Shown: piece by piece, positions 32,594-45,208 of the stretch
Position numbering within the stretch: position 1 is the stretch's first letter
Layout of the letters: the number at the start of each line of letters is the position of its first letter
Assembly (NCBI GenBank): GCA_951406725.2
Contig: OX597819.1
Span: forward strand, 122,574,001 to 122,638,000
DNA: 64,000 nucleotides
DNA from: Octopus vulgaris
Taxonomy: Eukaryota
Direction of reading: 5' to 3'
Program-made: the position numbers and the translations under genes
The notes under the pieces: generated by a model
The model's database searches: none
What the model saw: only the letters and a program-made list of their open reading frames with translations
What the model was told of the DNA's origin: nothing

Positions 32594-33010
32594 AGGCGCA
32601 GGAGTGGCTGTGTGGTAAGTAGCTTGCTAACCAACCACATGGTTCCGGGTTCAGTCCCACTGCGTGGCATCTTGGGCAAGTGTCTTCTGCTATAGCCCCG
32701 GGCCGACCAATGCCTTGTGAGTGGATTTTGGTAGACGGAAACTGAAAGAAGCCTGTCGTATATATGTATATATATATATATATATATAAGTGTGTGTGTA
32801 TATGTTTGTGTGTCTGTGTTTGTCCCCCCAGCATTGCTTGACAACCGATGCTGGTGTGTTTACGTTCCCGTCACTTAGCGGTTCGGCAAAAGAGACCGAT
32901 AGAATAAGTACTGGGCTTACAAAAAGAATAAGTCCCGGGGTCGATTTGCTCGACTAAAGGCGGTGCTCCAGCATGGCCGCAGTCAAATGACTGAAACAAG
33001 TAAAAGAGTA
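32594..33010 (+). mobile_element. SINE-B full copy
   Basis: Near-identical to 59579-60047. Confidence 0.92.
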
Positions 33011-33176
33011 TGTACTATCTAAAGCTGTACATAAAATATAATGAAAACCAACCGTTATTTATATTTTGTTACATTTCCAATGCCATATTTCAGTAGAAAT
33101 ACATTTATACTTAAAGTTATTATTATTGTTCACCCTCCTTTCATTTCTCATCGTAGATGGGTAGATTTGCTAGTAT

Positions 33177-33378
33177 TTTTAAATGATAAACATCTGGCAA
33201 GTTTTACAGTTTTCCACAGTTCCAGTGATAGCTTGTATCTGTAGTCTTCGAATTAGTTTTCTCCTTTCTGGTTTTTAGAAGCCTAATTTCTCAAGATTGG
33301 TATTTAGGCAGTGGGTTACATATCCCAGGGCCCTAATAATTACAGACACAAACCTGAACTTGTAATCTGGATAGAATA
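33177..33378 (-). mobile_element. RLE-LINE 3' fragment of the (CATA)n-associated family
   Basis: Homologous to 37185-37385; 5' end abuts (TATG)n. Confidence 0.75.
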
Positions 33379-33422
33379 TGTATGTATGTATGTATATATG
33401 CATGTATGTATGTACATACATA

Positions 33423-33830
33423 TGGCGAGCTGGCAGAAACATTAGCACGCCGGGCGAAATGCTTAGCGGTATTTCGTCTGTCTTTACGTTCTGAGTTCAA
33501 ATTCCGCCGAGGTCGACTTTGCCTTTCATCCTTCCGGAGGCGATATATTAAGTACCATTTGCGCACTGGGGTCGATGTAATCGACTTAATCCGTTTGTCT
33601 GTCCTTGTTTGTCCTCTCTGTGTTTGGCCCCTTGTGGGTAGTAAAGAAATAGGTATTTCGTCTGCCATTACGTTCTGAGTTCAAATTCCACCGAGGTCGA
33701 GTTTGCCTTTCATCCTTCCAGGGTCAATAAATTAAGTACCAGTTACGCACTGGGGTCGACGTAATCGACTTAATCCGTTTGTCTGTCCTTGTTTGTCCCC
33801 TCTATGTTTAGCCCCTTGTGGGCAATAAAA
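33423..33830 (+). mobile_element. SINE-A, two-unit copy
   Basis: Head plus repeated body. Confidence 0.9.
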
Positions 33831-33835
33831 AAACG

Positions 33836-33868
<33 letters not shown>

Positions 33869-34257
33869 GTGTGTGTATACATGTATGTATGTATATATAT
33901 ATATATATATATGTATGTACTAACAATGTGGTTAAACTCGTGACTCTCTCATTTGGTTAATATATTCCTATATGTGTATGTTGTTTTTATGTGTGTGCTT
34001 GTATGCGTGTGTGTGTGTGTGTGTGTGTGCATGGTGATGAAAAACGAACATAATTTCATGTTGTTCTAGCGCACCCAGTTGTAAGTGGATAACTCTGGAA
34101 CGGATCGGCGTTCAAGGGTGAGATGGGGAACTCAGGAAAATAACCCGAACTGAGGAGTCTCGCGAGCCACGTTTTGCATTCAACCATTACAAAAATGAAT
34201 ATTACAACCTGTACTGTGAACCCCGACTGCTTGGGATTGACTGTTCAACCATGTCGA

Positions 34258-34333
34258 TGGATGATGATGATGATGATGACGATAACGACGACAACGATGA
34301 TATAAGGATGATGGTAATAATGATGATGATAAC

Positions 34334-34371
<38 letters not shown>

Positions 34372-34550
34372 CAACGATGAAGGTGATGGTTATGGTGGTA
34401 ATAAAGACGATGATGATGATGATAATGATAACGACCATGACGATGATGATGATGATGATGTTAGTACACAAACTGGCCGTTCAACCATGTCAAAGGATGA
34501 TGATGATGATGGCGATGACGACAACGACGACGATGATGATGATGACGACG
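34258..34550. repeat. (GAT)n imperfect microsatellite
   Basis: Directly visible. Confidence 0.9.
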
Positions 34551-34949
34551 AAGTGCATAAATGTGTATGTTTCGTTAAGATTGTGTGTGTGTGTTTGTGT
34601 GTTTGTCTGTGTATTCCATATGTATGATTCTGTGTATATGTTCCCCAGGAATCTCAACTAAAGAATCCCTGAAATGTTTTTCAAATTTTCATTCTGTTTC
34701 TAATAGACTGCATTCGGAGAACCCGAATTCATCTGCTCTGTTCTTTTGTGGGCAACGCATGCAAACCTTGGTTTTTACGTAGATCTGTCGTTACAGATTG
34801 CACCTAAGATAACAGAAACAGATAACAGAAACCTGAGCACGTATGTATGTATTTCAAGATTTCTTGCCAATAGAGAAAGAACCGGTTTCTAACATAGATC
34901 CAAGGCACCTTCATTGGAATTTCAACATCAACAACAGGGTATTTTTGCT

Positions 34950-37116
34950 TGTATGTATGTATGTATGTATGTATGTATGTATGTATGTATGTATGTATGT
35001 ATGTATGTATGTATGTATGTATGTATGTATGTATGTATGTATGTATGTATGTATGTATGTATGTATGTATGTATGTATGTATGTATGTATGTATGTATGT
35101 ATGTATGTATGTATGTATGTATGTATGTATGTATGATGTATGTATGTATGTATGTATGTATGTATGTATGTATGATGTATGTATGTATGTATGTATGTAT
35201 GTATGTATGTATGTATGTGTGTGTATGTATGTATGTATGTATGTATGTATGTATGTATGTATGTATGTATGTATGTATGTATGTATGTATGTATGTATGT
35301 ATGTATGTATGTATGTATGTATGTATGTATGTATGTATGTATGTATGTATGTATGTATGTATGTATGTATGTATGTATGTATGTATGTATGTATGTATGT
35401 ATGTATGTATGTATGTATGTATGTATGTATGTATGTATGTATGTATGTATGTATGTATGTATGTATGTATGTATGTATGTATGTATGTATGTATGTATGT
35501 ATGTATGTATGTATGTATGTATGTATGTATGTATGTATGTATGTATGTATGTATGTATGTATGTATGTATGTATGTATGTATGTATGTATGTATGTATGT
35601 ATGTATGTATGTATGTATGTATGTATGTATGTATGTATGTATGTATGTATGTATGTATGTATGTATGTATGTATGTATGTATGTATGTATGTATGTATGT
35701 ATGTATGTATGTATGTATGTATGTATGTATGTATGTATGTATGTATGTATGTATGTATGTATGTATGTATGTATGTATGTATGTATGTATGTATGTATGT
35801 ATGTATGTATGTATGTATGTATGTATGTATGTATGTATGTATGTATGTATGTATGTATGTATGTATGATGTATGTATGTATGTATGTATGTATGTATGTA
35901 TGTATGTATGTATGTATGTATGTATGTATGATGTATGTATGTATGTATGTATGTATGTATGTATGTATGTATGTATGTATGTATGTATGTATGATGTATG
36001 TATGTATGTATGTATGTATGTATGTATGTATGTATGTATGTATGTATGTATGTATGTATGTATGTATGTATGTATGTATGTATGTATGTATGTATGTATG
36101 TATGTATGATGTATGTATGTATGTATGTATGTATGTATGTATGTATGATGTATGTATGTATGTATGTATGTATGTATGTATGTATGTATGTATGTATGTA
36201 TGTATGTATGTATGTATGTATGTATGTATGTATGTATGTATGTATGATGTATGTATGTATGTATGTATGTATGTATGTATGTATGTATGATGTATGTATG
36301 TATGTATGTATGTATGATGTATGTATGTATGTATGATGTATGTATGTATGTATGTATGATGTATGTATGTATGTATGTATGTATGTATGTATGATGTATG
36401 TATGTATGTATGTATGTATGTATGTATGTATGTATGTATGTATGTATGTATGTATGTATGTATGTATGTATGTATGTATGTATGTATGTATGTATGTATG
36501 TATGTATGTATGTATGTATGTATGTATGTATGTATGTATGTATGTATGTATGTATGTATGTATGTATGTATGTATGTATGTATGTATGTATGTATGTATG
36601 TATGTATGTATGTATGTATGTATGTATGTATGTATGTATGTATGTATGTATGTATGTATGTATGTATGTATGATGTATGTATGTATGTATGTATGTATGT
36701 ATGTATGTATGTATGTATGTATGATGTATGTATGTATGTATGTATGTATGTATGTATGATGTATGTATGTATGTATGTATGTATGTATGTATGTATGTAT
36801 GTATGTATGTATGTATGTATGTATGTATGTATGTATGTATGTATGTATGTATGTATGATGTATGTATGTATGTATGCATGTATGTATGTATGTATGTATG
36901 TATGTATGTATGTATGTATGTATGTATGTATGTATGTATGTATATGTATGTATGTATGTATGTATGTATGATGTATGTATGTATGTATGTATGAATGTAT
37001 GTATGTATGTATGTATGTATGATGTATGTATGTATGTATATATGTATGTATGATGTATGTATGTATGTATGTATGATGTATGTATGTATGTATGATGTAT
37101 GCATGTATGCATGTAT
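34950..37116. repeat. ~2.2-kb (TATG)n array
   Basis: Directly visible, with occasional 1-nt deletions. Confidence 0.97.
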
Positions 37117-37119
37117 GTG

Positions 37120-37540
37120 CAGATTTGTATGTTTTATGTATGTATTCCCATGCATATAGTTAAACATCTAGACTTGCCCATATATATTTAAATGATAAAC
37201 TTCTGGAAAGTTTTATAGATTTTTACAGTTCCAGTAATGGATTGGATCTGTAGTCTACGTATTAGCTTTCACCTTTCTGGTTTTGAGAAACCTAATTTCT
37301 CAAGATTGGGTATTTAGGCAGTGTGTTACATATTCCAGGGCCCCAATAACTACAGGTATAAGTCTGAGCTTGTAATCTGGATAGAGTAGCTACAGATTTC
37401 TTAATAGTTCAGCATAGGTGTTCTTTTTTTCACTGAACTTCAGCTTTATGTTAACATCTGCTGGGCAGCCAATTTCCACAACTGTGCACAGTTTCTCTTC
37501 TCTATCTTAAATCATCATATCAGGTCTGTTGTGCTTACAT
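37120..37540 (-). mobile_element. 5'-truncated RLE-type LINE flanked by (CATA)n
   Basis: Hand translation: [57 protein letters not shown] (stop 37188-37190); degenerate. Confidence 0.8.
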
Positions 37541-37622
37541 TTTCTTTGTATGTATGTATGTATGTATGTATGTATGTATGCATGTATGTATGTATGTATG
37601 TATGTATGTATGTATGCACATT

Positions 37623-37681
<59 letters not shown>

Positions 37682-37690
37682 TTATATATT

Positions 37691-37727
<37 letters not shown>

Positions 37728-38431
37728 ATGTGTGTGCGTCTATATATATATTGATATAATGTCTATCTATCTATCTATCTATCTATCTATATCTAGCTAG
37801 CTAGCTAGCTGTCTATCTATCTGCACACATACACATACACGCATCCACACACGTACACGCGCGCATATACATATATACATACATACATATATACATACAT
37901 ACATATATACATACATACATACATACATACATACATACATACATACATACTTACATACATACGTACGTACGTACATACATACATACATACATACATACAT
38001 ACATACATACATACATACATACATACATACATACAAACACTAAGGACGTGTTGGAAAGGCTTTTATCATGAAAGTAAGAATATTCTTTATGTACACATTG
38101 AAATTTCAGAACTGAAAAGGAATAGATAAAAACTATTTGAGTGAGTATTAATATTAATACATATGCCGTGCTTAAATATACTTAACAGTGAAATAGAAGG
38201 AAACCCATAAATTTCAAGAAGCATAAAAATAAAGAGCTTCAGTTGGCCCTGACAAGCAAATATATTTTTCACAACTGAGTAAGTGAAAATTGAATTCCCA
38301 CGCGCTGCTGCCATCAGAAGTAGATCCTGAGAACATAAAAAATATTTTAATATAAGCAAGATTTGATAAAAGTAAATGGAGTGTTCAAATCAGCTAATGA
38401 GTTGTAAAGGTATTTTTTACAGAGAACTTAA

Positions 38432-38749
38432 CACATAAAGCACGACGAACCACGATCGTGGCCGTCGGGTAGAGGTCGACAGGCCACGATCGTGACCCAG
38501 ATAGATGCATTTAATTTATGGGCGTTTGTTGGGGTCTAATGTCACTCAAGCGCCCCGATACGTCGCAAAATGCAAGAGGACTAATAGTTCAACCAATGAC
38601 TTTTCAGATTATGTAAAACTTGCCACCATTATATACTAAGAATATATTTTAACTATTTTTTGTTTTTTATGTGTGCATGGTAGTCTCATTTTCATAAAAT
38701 GCGCTCGGCAGTCCATGCTATGTAAGCGCAAATCCCAGAGCTTTATGGG
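38432..38749. mobile_element. piggyBac-type MITE
   Basis: TTAA-cacataaagc ... gctttatggg-TTAA; internal palindromes cacgatcgtg. Confidence 0.7.
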
Positions 38750-38769
38750 TTAAATTTCTGGGTTGTCAT

Positions 38770-39216
38770 ACATGAACCCGCATGGTTCATGGTCTCAAAA
38801 ATTTGTCCTATGAAGAAAGGCTGAGGACGCTCGACCTTTATTCTCTAGAAAAACGCTGCCGCCGTGGTGATCTCATTCTCGCCCACAACATCATAAGCGG
38901 AAAGTGTAACCTCTCGAAAGAGCTGTTCTTCACTCCTGCTCCAGAGCGTCGGCTGCGGGGTCATTCCGAAAAGCTCTGCCTGCGACGATTTCATCTCAAT
39001 CGAAGGAGAGGAGCTTTCTCCGTCCGGGTTGCGGATCCGTGGAACAAGCTGCCAGACGAGATGGTGAAGATGCCGACGACCGCTTTGTTCAAAGCCTCCC
39101 TTGACCTCAAGTGGCCTGAACTCTTTACATGAACACCACCCTGTACTTAACTCCATGTCCCCCTACATGGCCTTGCTATTTGCTTTTGAGCCAAATTAAC
39201 TAACTAACTAACTAAC
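38770..39216 (+). mobile_element. CR1-clade LINE 3' end
   Basis: LSYEERLRTLDLYSLEKR..RGDLI, RLRGHSEKL, FSVRVADPWNKLP; (TAAC)n tail. Confidence 0.85.
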
Positions 39217-39470
39217 ATTTCAAAATAGCCATTTTGTGTGTTGGCTTTAACATATTTTTAAAGTTAAGTTTTTGAAAGATGGGCCCCTATCTGTAAAGAG
39301 TAAATATATTTGATTTGAACTAACAGTGTTTTCCTATAAATGTATTTTATAAGTGTATTTTATTGATTGCATGTGAATTTACTGTAAAAAGATAGTTTAT
39401 GCTTTGTCGCGATTCTTGTGTTTAGAAGTATCATAGAAAGTCTCCGAATCTCCAAGCAAAAAGATTAATT

Positions 39471-39602
39471 ACATTTATGGATTTCTCCAAGGAATTTGAT
39501 AATGTCAACAGAAAGATCATGTTATATAAGTTGCTGAACTATGTATGACGTTAAATCCATCATCATAAATCGTTGTACGAAGCGCAGACTGTGCAAATAA
39601 GG
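39471..39602 (+). pseudogene. Degenerate LINE RT fragment
   Basis: FMDFSKEFDNVNRKIMLYKLLNY resembles the D-F-x-K-A-F-D RT motif. Confidence 0.5.
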
Positions 39603-39705
39603 TTTCCAAAAAAGCCAAGAACCCGAATCCTTCAGAAAGACATTATAGTTTATTTTCTATTTGTAACTTTAGGAGAGTAACATCATGAGGTAAAATCTTG
39701 ATTCT

Positions 39706-40268
39706 GGTGAGCTGGCAGAAACGTTCGCACGTCGGGCGAAATGCTTAGCGGTATTTCATCTGCCGCTGCGTTCTGAGTTCAAATTCTGGGTCAATAAATT
39801 AAGTACCAGTTATGTACTGGGGACGATGTAATCGACTTAATCCGTTTGTCTGTCCTTGTTTGTCCCCTCTGTGTTTAGCCCCTTGTAGGTAGTAAAGAAA
39901 TAGGTATTTCGTCTGTCGTTACGTTCTGAGTTCAAATTCCGCCGAGGTCGACTTTGCCTTTCATCCTTTCGGGGTCAATAAATTAAGTACCAGTTATGTA
40001 CTGGGGACGATGTAATCGACTTAATCCGTTTGTCTGTCCTTGTTTGTGCCCTCTGTGTTAAGCTCCTTGTGGATAGTAAAGAAATAGGTATTTCGTCTGC
40101 CGCTACGTTCTGAGTTCAAATTCCGCCGAGGTTGACTTTGCCTTTCATCCTTTCGGGGTCGATAAATTAAGTACCAGTTATGTACTGGGGTCAATGTAAC
40201 CGACTTAATCCCTTTGTCTGTCCTTGTTTGTCCCCTTTTTGTTAGCCCCTTGTGGGTAGTAAAGAAAT
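39706..40268 (+). mobile_element. SINE-A, three-unit copy
   Basis: Body repeated three times, with junctions aaagaaata|ggtatttcgtctg. Confidence 0.9.
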
Positions 40269-40535
40269 ATCTATGCAAAACAAAGGCCTCACAATCAAAG
40301 AGTAGCGATCATGACGTCAGCAATTATTTTTTAACCGCTCTGCTGGTCATTACTATCATGCTGAACAACATGCCATATCAAATGCTGTACCATGGATGCT
40401 TCCACACTACCATTGAAGAATGAGACTCCTCAGATCTATTTGATTTCAACGGAAGAGATACACAGCAAGAAACTAAGGACTGAACAAAGTTTATGGAGAG
40501 CAGAGATTCTTAGCACGGTGATGTTACCTACCTAC

Positions 40536-40581
<46 letters not shown>

Positions 40582-40590
40582 GTCTATCTA

Positions 40591-40649
<59 letters not shown>

Positions 40650-40671
40650 GGCTATCTGTCTGTCTATCTAC

Positions 40672-40708
<37 letters not shown>

Positions 40709-40754
40709 ATTTTAGAGTGTTTGGGTGCAGTCTGAGGACATGTGTCGAGAGTAA

Positions 40755-41278
40755 TAAAAGCCAAACTTCCAGTCAACATCATGGTGTTTGGAGTGACTTG
40801 TTAGATGGCTATAGTATGCCTTAATTCATCTTCCTGCCCTGCCTGAGACACAACAGGGAGGCCTACATTAAGTGCCGTGAGAAGGTAGTGTTTGCCCAGC
40901 ATCGGGAGAGTGGCTGCTGGAAGATCCTATGTCTGGCAACAGGAGTCTGGGTTATGCCACACAAGCAAGAAAACCCAGTCATGACCGTCAGACAATTTCT
41001 GCGACCACATCACCCCTAACATCTGGCCACCTAAATCCCCAGACTGCAACCCTACTGATTATTATGTGTGAGGCGCAGTTGGGTGAAAGACCAACAAAAC
41101 TCCTTGTAACACCAAAGATGAATTGAAGGCAAGGACTATGGCAGGACTCACCAACTTAGAGAGACCGTCCAGAAGCGTTGCAGGAGATTCCGAAGTCGTC
41201 TGGAGGCGGTGGTTGAAGTCAGTGGCGATTGTATTGCATAAATTTACTTTTTAAGACGACAATATATTCACCGCACCC
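40755..41278 (+). mobile_element. maT/DD37D-like Tc1-mariner transposase remnant
   Basis: Homologous to 55070-56085; encodes YVWQQ and WPP..PDCNP motifs. Confidence 0.75.
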
Positions 41279-41653
41279 TGAATATATATATATACACACA
41301 TGCATACGTAAATACACACAAGCACGCACACACACATATATAATATATATATGGTGGTTGTCTACTCCTTATGCAGAGTTTCACCACCTCTTGCCCTTAC
41401 ACCTTTGGTCTATCAAGGCGTCTGATGTGACTTTTAAAACCAGACAATCTATTGAAAAGACATCCACTTAGATTGCATATCTGATTTGTACCACCAAGAG
41501 CTGCAGTTAAGTTCTGGTCTTTGTGGATCACAAGCACACACACATACACACACATACACACACACACACATACACACACATACACACACATACACACACA
41601 CACACATACACACACATACACACACATACACACACACACACATACACACACAT

Positions 41654-41692
<39 letters not shown>

Positions 41693-41791
41693 CACATATA
41701 CACACGCACACACTGGTGTATGTAGGTTATTATTCACATTATTTACATTATTTACATTTCACGGATATTTGTCCTCATCTTGTTTGTTGTT

Positions 41792-41837
41792 AACACAACT
41801 TTTCGGCTGATATACCCTCCAGTCTTCATCAGGTGTC
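41792..41837 (-). ncRNA. Minimal hammerhead ribozyme, degenerate (GAAAA; stem II mismatch)
   Basis: Reverse complement: GACAC-CTGATGA-A-GACTG..CAGCC-GAAAA-GTT-GTGTT. Confidence 0.55.
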
Positions 41838-41903
41838 TTGGGGGAAATTTCGAACCTGGGTTCTCATTCCTAATGTATTTTTCGATGTTGTTGTTGTTGT
41901 TGT

Positions 41904-41957
<54 letters not shown>

Positions 41958-41960
<3 letters not shown>

Positions 41961-42215
41961 GATTCCAGGCTTACCATTCCTACAGGAAGTGCAACAAACC
42001 GTGTTAACTGGAACGGCTCATGTACTGAGAAGTGCATTATCGCTGTGAAAATAACATCCATCCATGAATTTATTTACTTATTAATTTTTAAATGCATATT
42101 TTGTCTGTGAATTTGCGCGTGTAATCTGGGAATGCATACAATGAGCTTCTCTGCCCTAGGTGTATGGAAAACACTCGGCGAGAAACGGAAGAAAATTTGA
42201 AGAAAGAAGGAAAAA
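41958..42215 (+). mobile_element. Dong-like family D 3' fragment inserted in (TAA)n
   Basis: MIPGLPFLQEVQQTVLTGTAHVLRSALSL* plus family D 3'UTR; plus strand, matching (TAA)n polarity. Confidence 0.85.
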
Positions 42216-42281
42216 ACATAACAATAATAATAACATCAAAAATACGTTAGGAATGAGAACCCAGGTTCGAAATTTCCTCTA

Positions 42282-42327
42282 GACACCTGATGAAGGCTGG
42301 AGGGTATATCAGCCGAAACGTTGTGTT
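42282..42327 (+). ncRNA. Minimal type I hammerhead ribozyme (Penelope-type)
   Basis: GACAC-CTGATGA-A-GGCTG(GAGGGTATAT)CAGCC-GAAAC-GTT-GTGTT: canonical core, paired stems I and II, palindromic ACGT in place of stem III. Confidence 0.75.
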
Positions 42328-43374
42328 AACAACAAACAAGATGAGGACAAATATCCATCAAATGTAAATAATGTAATTAACGTACACAATTTCTCATCTC
42401 TTAAATATAGAACTGTATGTAAGTTAAATTACCATTGTGTATAAAAATGGTTGGCATATAAAAATTTCGATTATTATTATTACTACGTAACACTGAGTTT
42501 CCTGAAACAGCTTTCGAATTAAAACATTACATACTTTCTTCGTATTCTATTCAAAATTTTTGTGGTCCATGTAAATATATTTATAGTTTTGGTTGGTATT
42601 AGAATATCTTAGAAGTGCGAATGCTTAAATATTCATTATGTGTCAAATAACAAGTAATATCATAATGAAAATGTTTTTATAGAATTCTATGTTAATAAAT
42701 ATAATTATCAGTTCTTCGCGGGTAATCACTATTTTCTTTTACAATTCACGAAACTAACCTACTGGTTTTAAATTAATACTTTATCGAGTATACGTCTGGA
42801 TAGGTTATAGTTTACAGCAATAATTCTTATAGACCACCATAAAGTCTGTGTAACAATCTACAAACATATTTACAGCATAATACAGAATGGTACAGATTGG
42901 GTCTTTTATAATCTTTTATGTTTCATAATATATCATTGCTTGCAATTAAACAACAAACGCACGCAGGCAATTCCACCACACCCACACATACTTTATGTAC
43001 CTCTTTGTACTATACACATATCTTCAGCTATACACATATCTTCAGCTACAATTACATTTTGCATAACGGAGCAGATTGCAGTATGTGTTATTATATTCTG
43101 TAACCGGATGCAGATATTATATTATAGTGTTATTAACAACATTTCATAATGGGATAAAGATAAATCTTTACTGTAATATCTTCATTGTATACCGACCTAC
43201 AGAGTGTATTTTCAGCTATATTTACTCGTTTTCATGATCATTTTTGTGTATATGTCACATACTTAAGACAACACTTATGATATATAGAGCGTGTTTGGAG
43301 TACATTTGACTGTTTGCGTTAAAGGAAAAGAAAAGGTAATAACACAAATGTATTTAAAAAGATTAAATCATAAT

Positions 43375-43535
43375 AGGCGCAGGAATGGCTGAGTGGTAAG
43401 TAGCTTGTTTACGAACCACATTGTTCCGGGTTCAGTCCTACTGCGTGGCATCTTGGGTAAGTGTCTTCTACTATAGCCTCGGGCCGACCAAAACCTTGTG
43501 AGTGGATTTGGTAGACGGAATCTGAAAGAAGCCTG

Positions 43536-43591
<56 letters not shown>

Positions 43592-43783
43592 ATGTTTCTG
43601 TGTTTGTCCACTCAACATCACTTGACAACCGATGCTGGTGTGTTTACGTCCCCGTAGCTTAGCGATTCGGCAAAAGAGACCGATAGAATAAGTACTAGGC
43701 TTACAAAGAATAAGTCCTGGGGTTGATTTGCTCGACTAAATGGCCGCAGTCAAATGACTGAAACAACTATAAGAGTAAAGAGA
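43375..43783 (+). mobile_element. SINE-B
   Basis: Homologous to 32594. Confidence 0.9.
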
Positions 43784-43799
43784 GTGTACAAACTAGATT

Positions 43800-44124
43800 C
43801 AGTGGTTCTCAAAGTGGACGGTACTTAGTCCGGCCCGCCCCTGTGAGTGGTAGAAAAATTAAGAGGGGGGGGCTGTTGAAAAAAGTGGGGCAATAATGGG
43901 GTGGCCAAAAGGGGGTCGATGAATGTAACCCCCCACCATCCCCCAACCCAAAATAATTGCTTAGTTAGGTTAAGTTTTATTTGTGAAATACTGTTGTTTT
44001 GAATTTGCTGCAGAAAGTGGTCTATTTTTGTGTTGCTGAGTGGTGGTGGGCGGCGGGGAGAACGATAGCAATGTGATTTCGAGCATCAAAGGGGCGGCAG
44101 TCCGAAAAAGTTTGTGAACCACTG
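43800..44124. mobile_element. hAT (Charlie-like) MITE
   Basis: TIR cagtggttctcaaa / tttgtgaaccactg; flanking direct repeat aactagat(t). Confidence 0.8.
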
Positions 44125-44159
44125 AACTAGATTATAGCTGGGAGATAACAGTGTACTCA

Positions 44160-44520
44160 AAGTAGCCGCCCTAAGCTTTCACCAAGCCCTCAACTGGGCT
44201 CCGGAACCTGGCATATGCATCCCTCACTGTATTCCATGGAAGATTTTCGAAAATCTCCTTGATCCTGTCTACTAGCTCCTCCTTGGTATTACAAGCAGAG
44301 CGATTAGTGTCTTTCCTAGCCGCGCCCCACACATAATACAAAAATTGGGGCTGGTGAAGTCGTGGAAATTTTCTGACAAGCACTTTTGAGTCTTTCTTCT
44401 TCTTTCACACATATGACCTTCAAGTAGCAATCATCTCCAGCCAGGATTTGGCCACAATCCCCAACAACTTCACATAGCCGTCTGAGTTAAGCCTATACCC
44501 CTGTTCGAAGATGTGGGGAC
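44160..44520 (-). mobile_element. maT-like transposase C-terminal remnant
   Basis: YYVWGAARKDTNRSACNTKEELVDRI..RFRS parallels the 55780-55930 translation. Confidence 0.7.
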
Positions 44521-44789
44521 GAACCCCGTCGTACGTATGCAATCAGAATGTCTGCTATGTCCTTTCCTGCTGGCCACAGTCTCGTAGTCTTTGCTGCAGC
44601 TGTCCATGTCACGTCATACAGCCATTTGAGTGCCCACAGAATATTGAGCAGCAGTCACGATGTCAGCATTTCGATCCTCGGTGCGAATCATCATGCTAAA
44701 TGTAACTCGAAATCAATATTCAGATAGCTTCCAGTTCGCCACGTCAGCTAACGTTTTCTCAGTTACAGCTTGCACCTTTATGCTCCCCA

Positions 44790-45208
44790 ATACCTATTTC
44801 TTTACTACCCACAAGGGGCTAAACAGAGGGACCAAACAAGGACAGATAAACGGATTAAGTCGATTATATCGACCCCAGTGCGTAACAGGTACTTATGTAA
44901 TCGACCCCGAAAGGATGAAAGGCAAAGTCGACCTCGGCGGAATTTGAACTCAGAACGTAGCGACAGACGAAATACCTATTTCTTTACTACCCACAAGGGG
45001 CTAAACACAGAGGGGACAAACAAGGACAGACAAACGGATTAAGTCGATTATATCGACCCCAGTGCGTAATTGGTACTTATTTAATCGACTCCGAAAGGAT
45101 GAAAGGCAAAGTCGACCTCGGCGGAATTTGAACTCAGAACGCAGCGGCAGACGAAATACTGCTAAGCATTTCGCCCGGCGTTCTAGCGTTTCTGTCAGCT
45201 CGCCGCCC
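44790..45208 (-). mobile_element. SINE-A, two-unit copy
   Basis: Head plus repeated body. Confidence 0.9.

Larger units (their letters stand above)
41728..42416. mobile_element. Palindromic Penelope-like hammerhead element (arms ~41728-41890 minus, ~42232-42416 plus)
   Basis: The arms are reverse complements, each with a hammerhead core, around a TTG/TAA microsatellite. Confidence 0.8.

Noticed and set aside
34804-37167. Long ORFs (787, 733 and 458 aa) of IHTY/MYVC repeats
   Set aside because: They are translations of (TATG)n, which has no stop codons; the same applies to all poly-I/L/Y/N/HT/CV ORFs in the track
39706-40268. Regular repeats suggestive of a CRISPR array
   Set aside because: These are ~180-bp SINE units with no unique spacers and no cas genes, in a eukaryotic context
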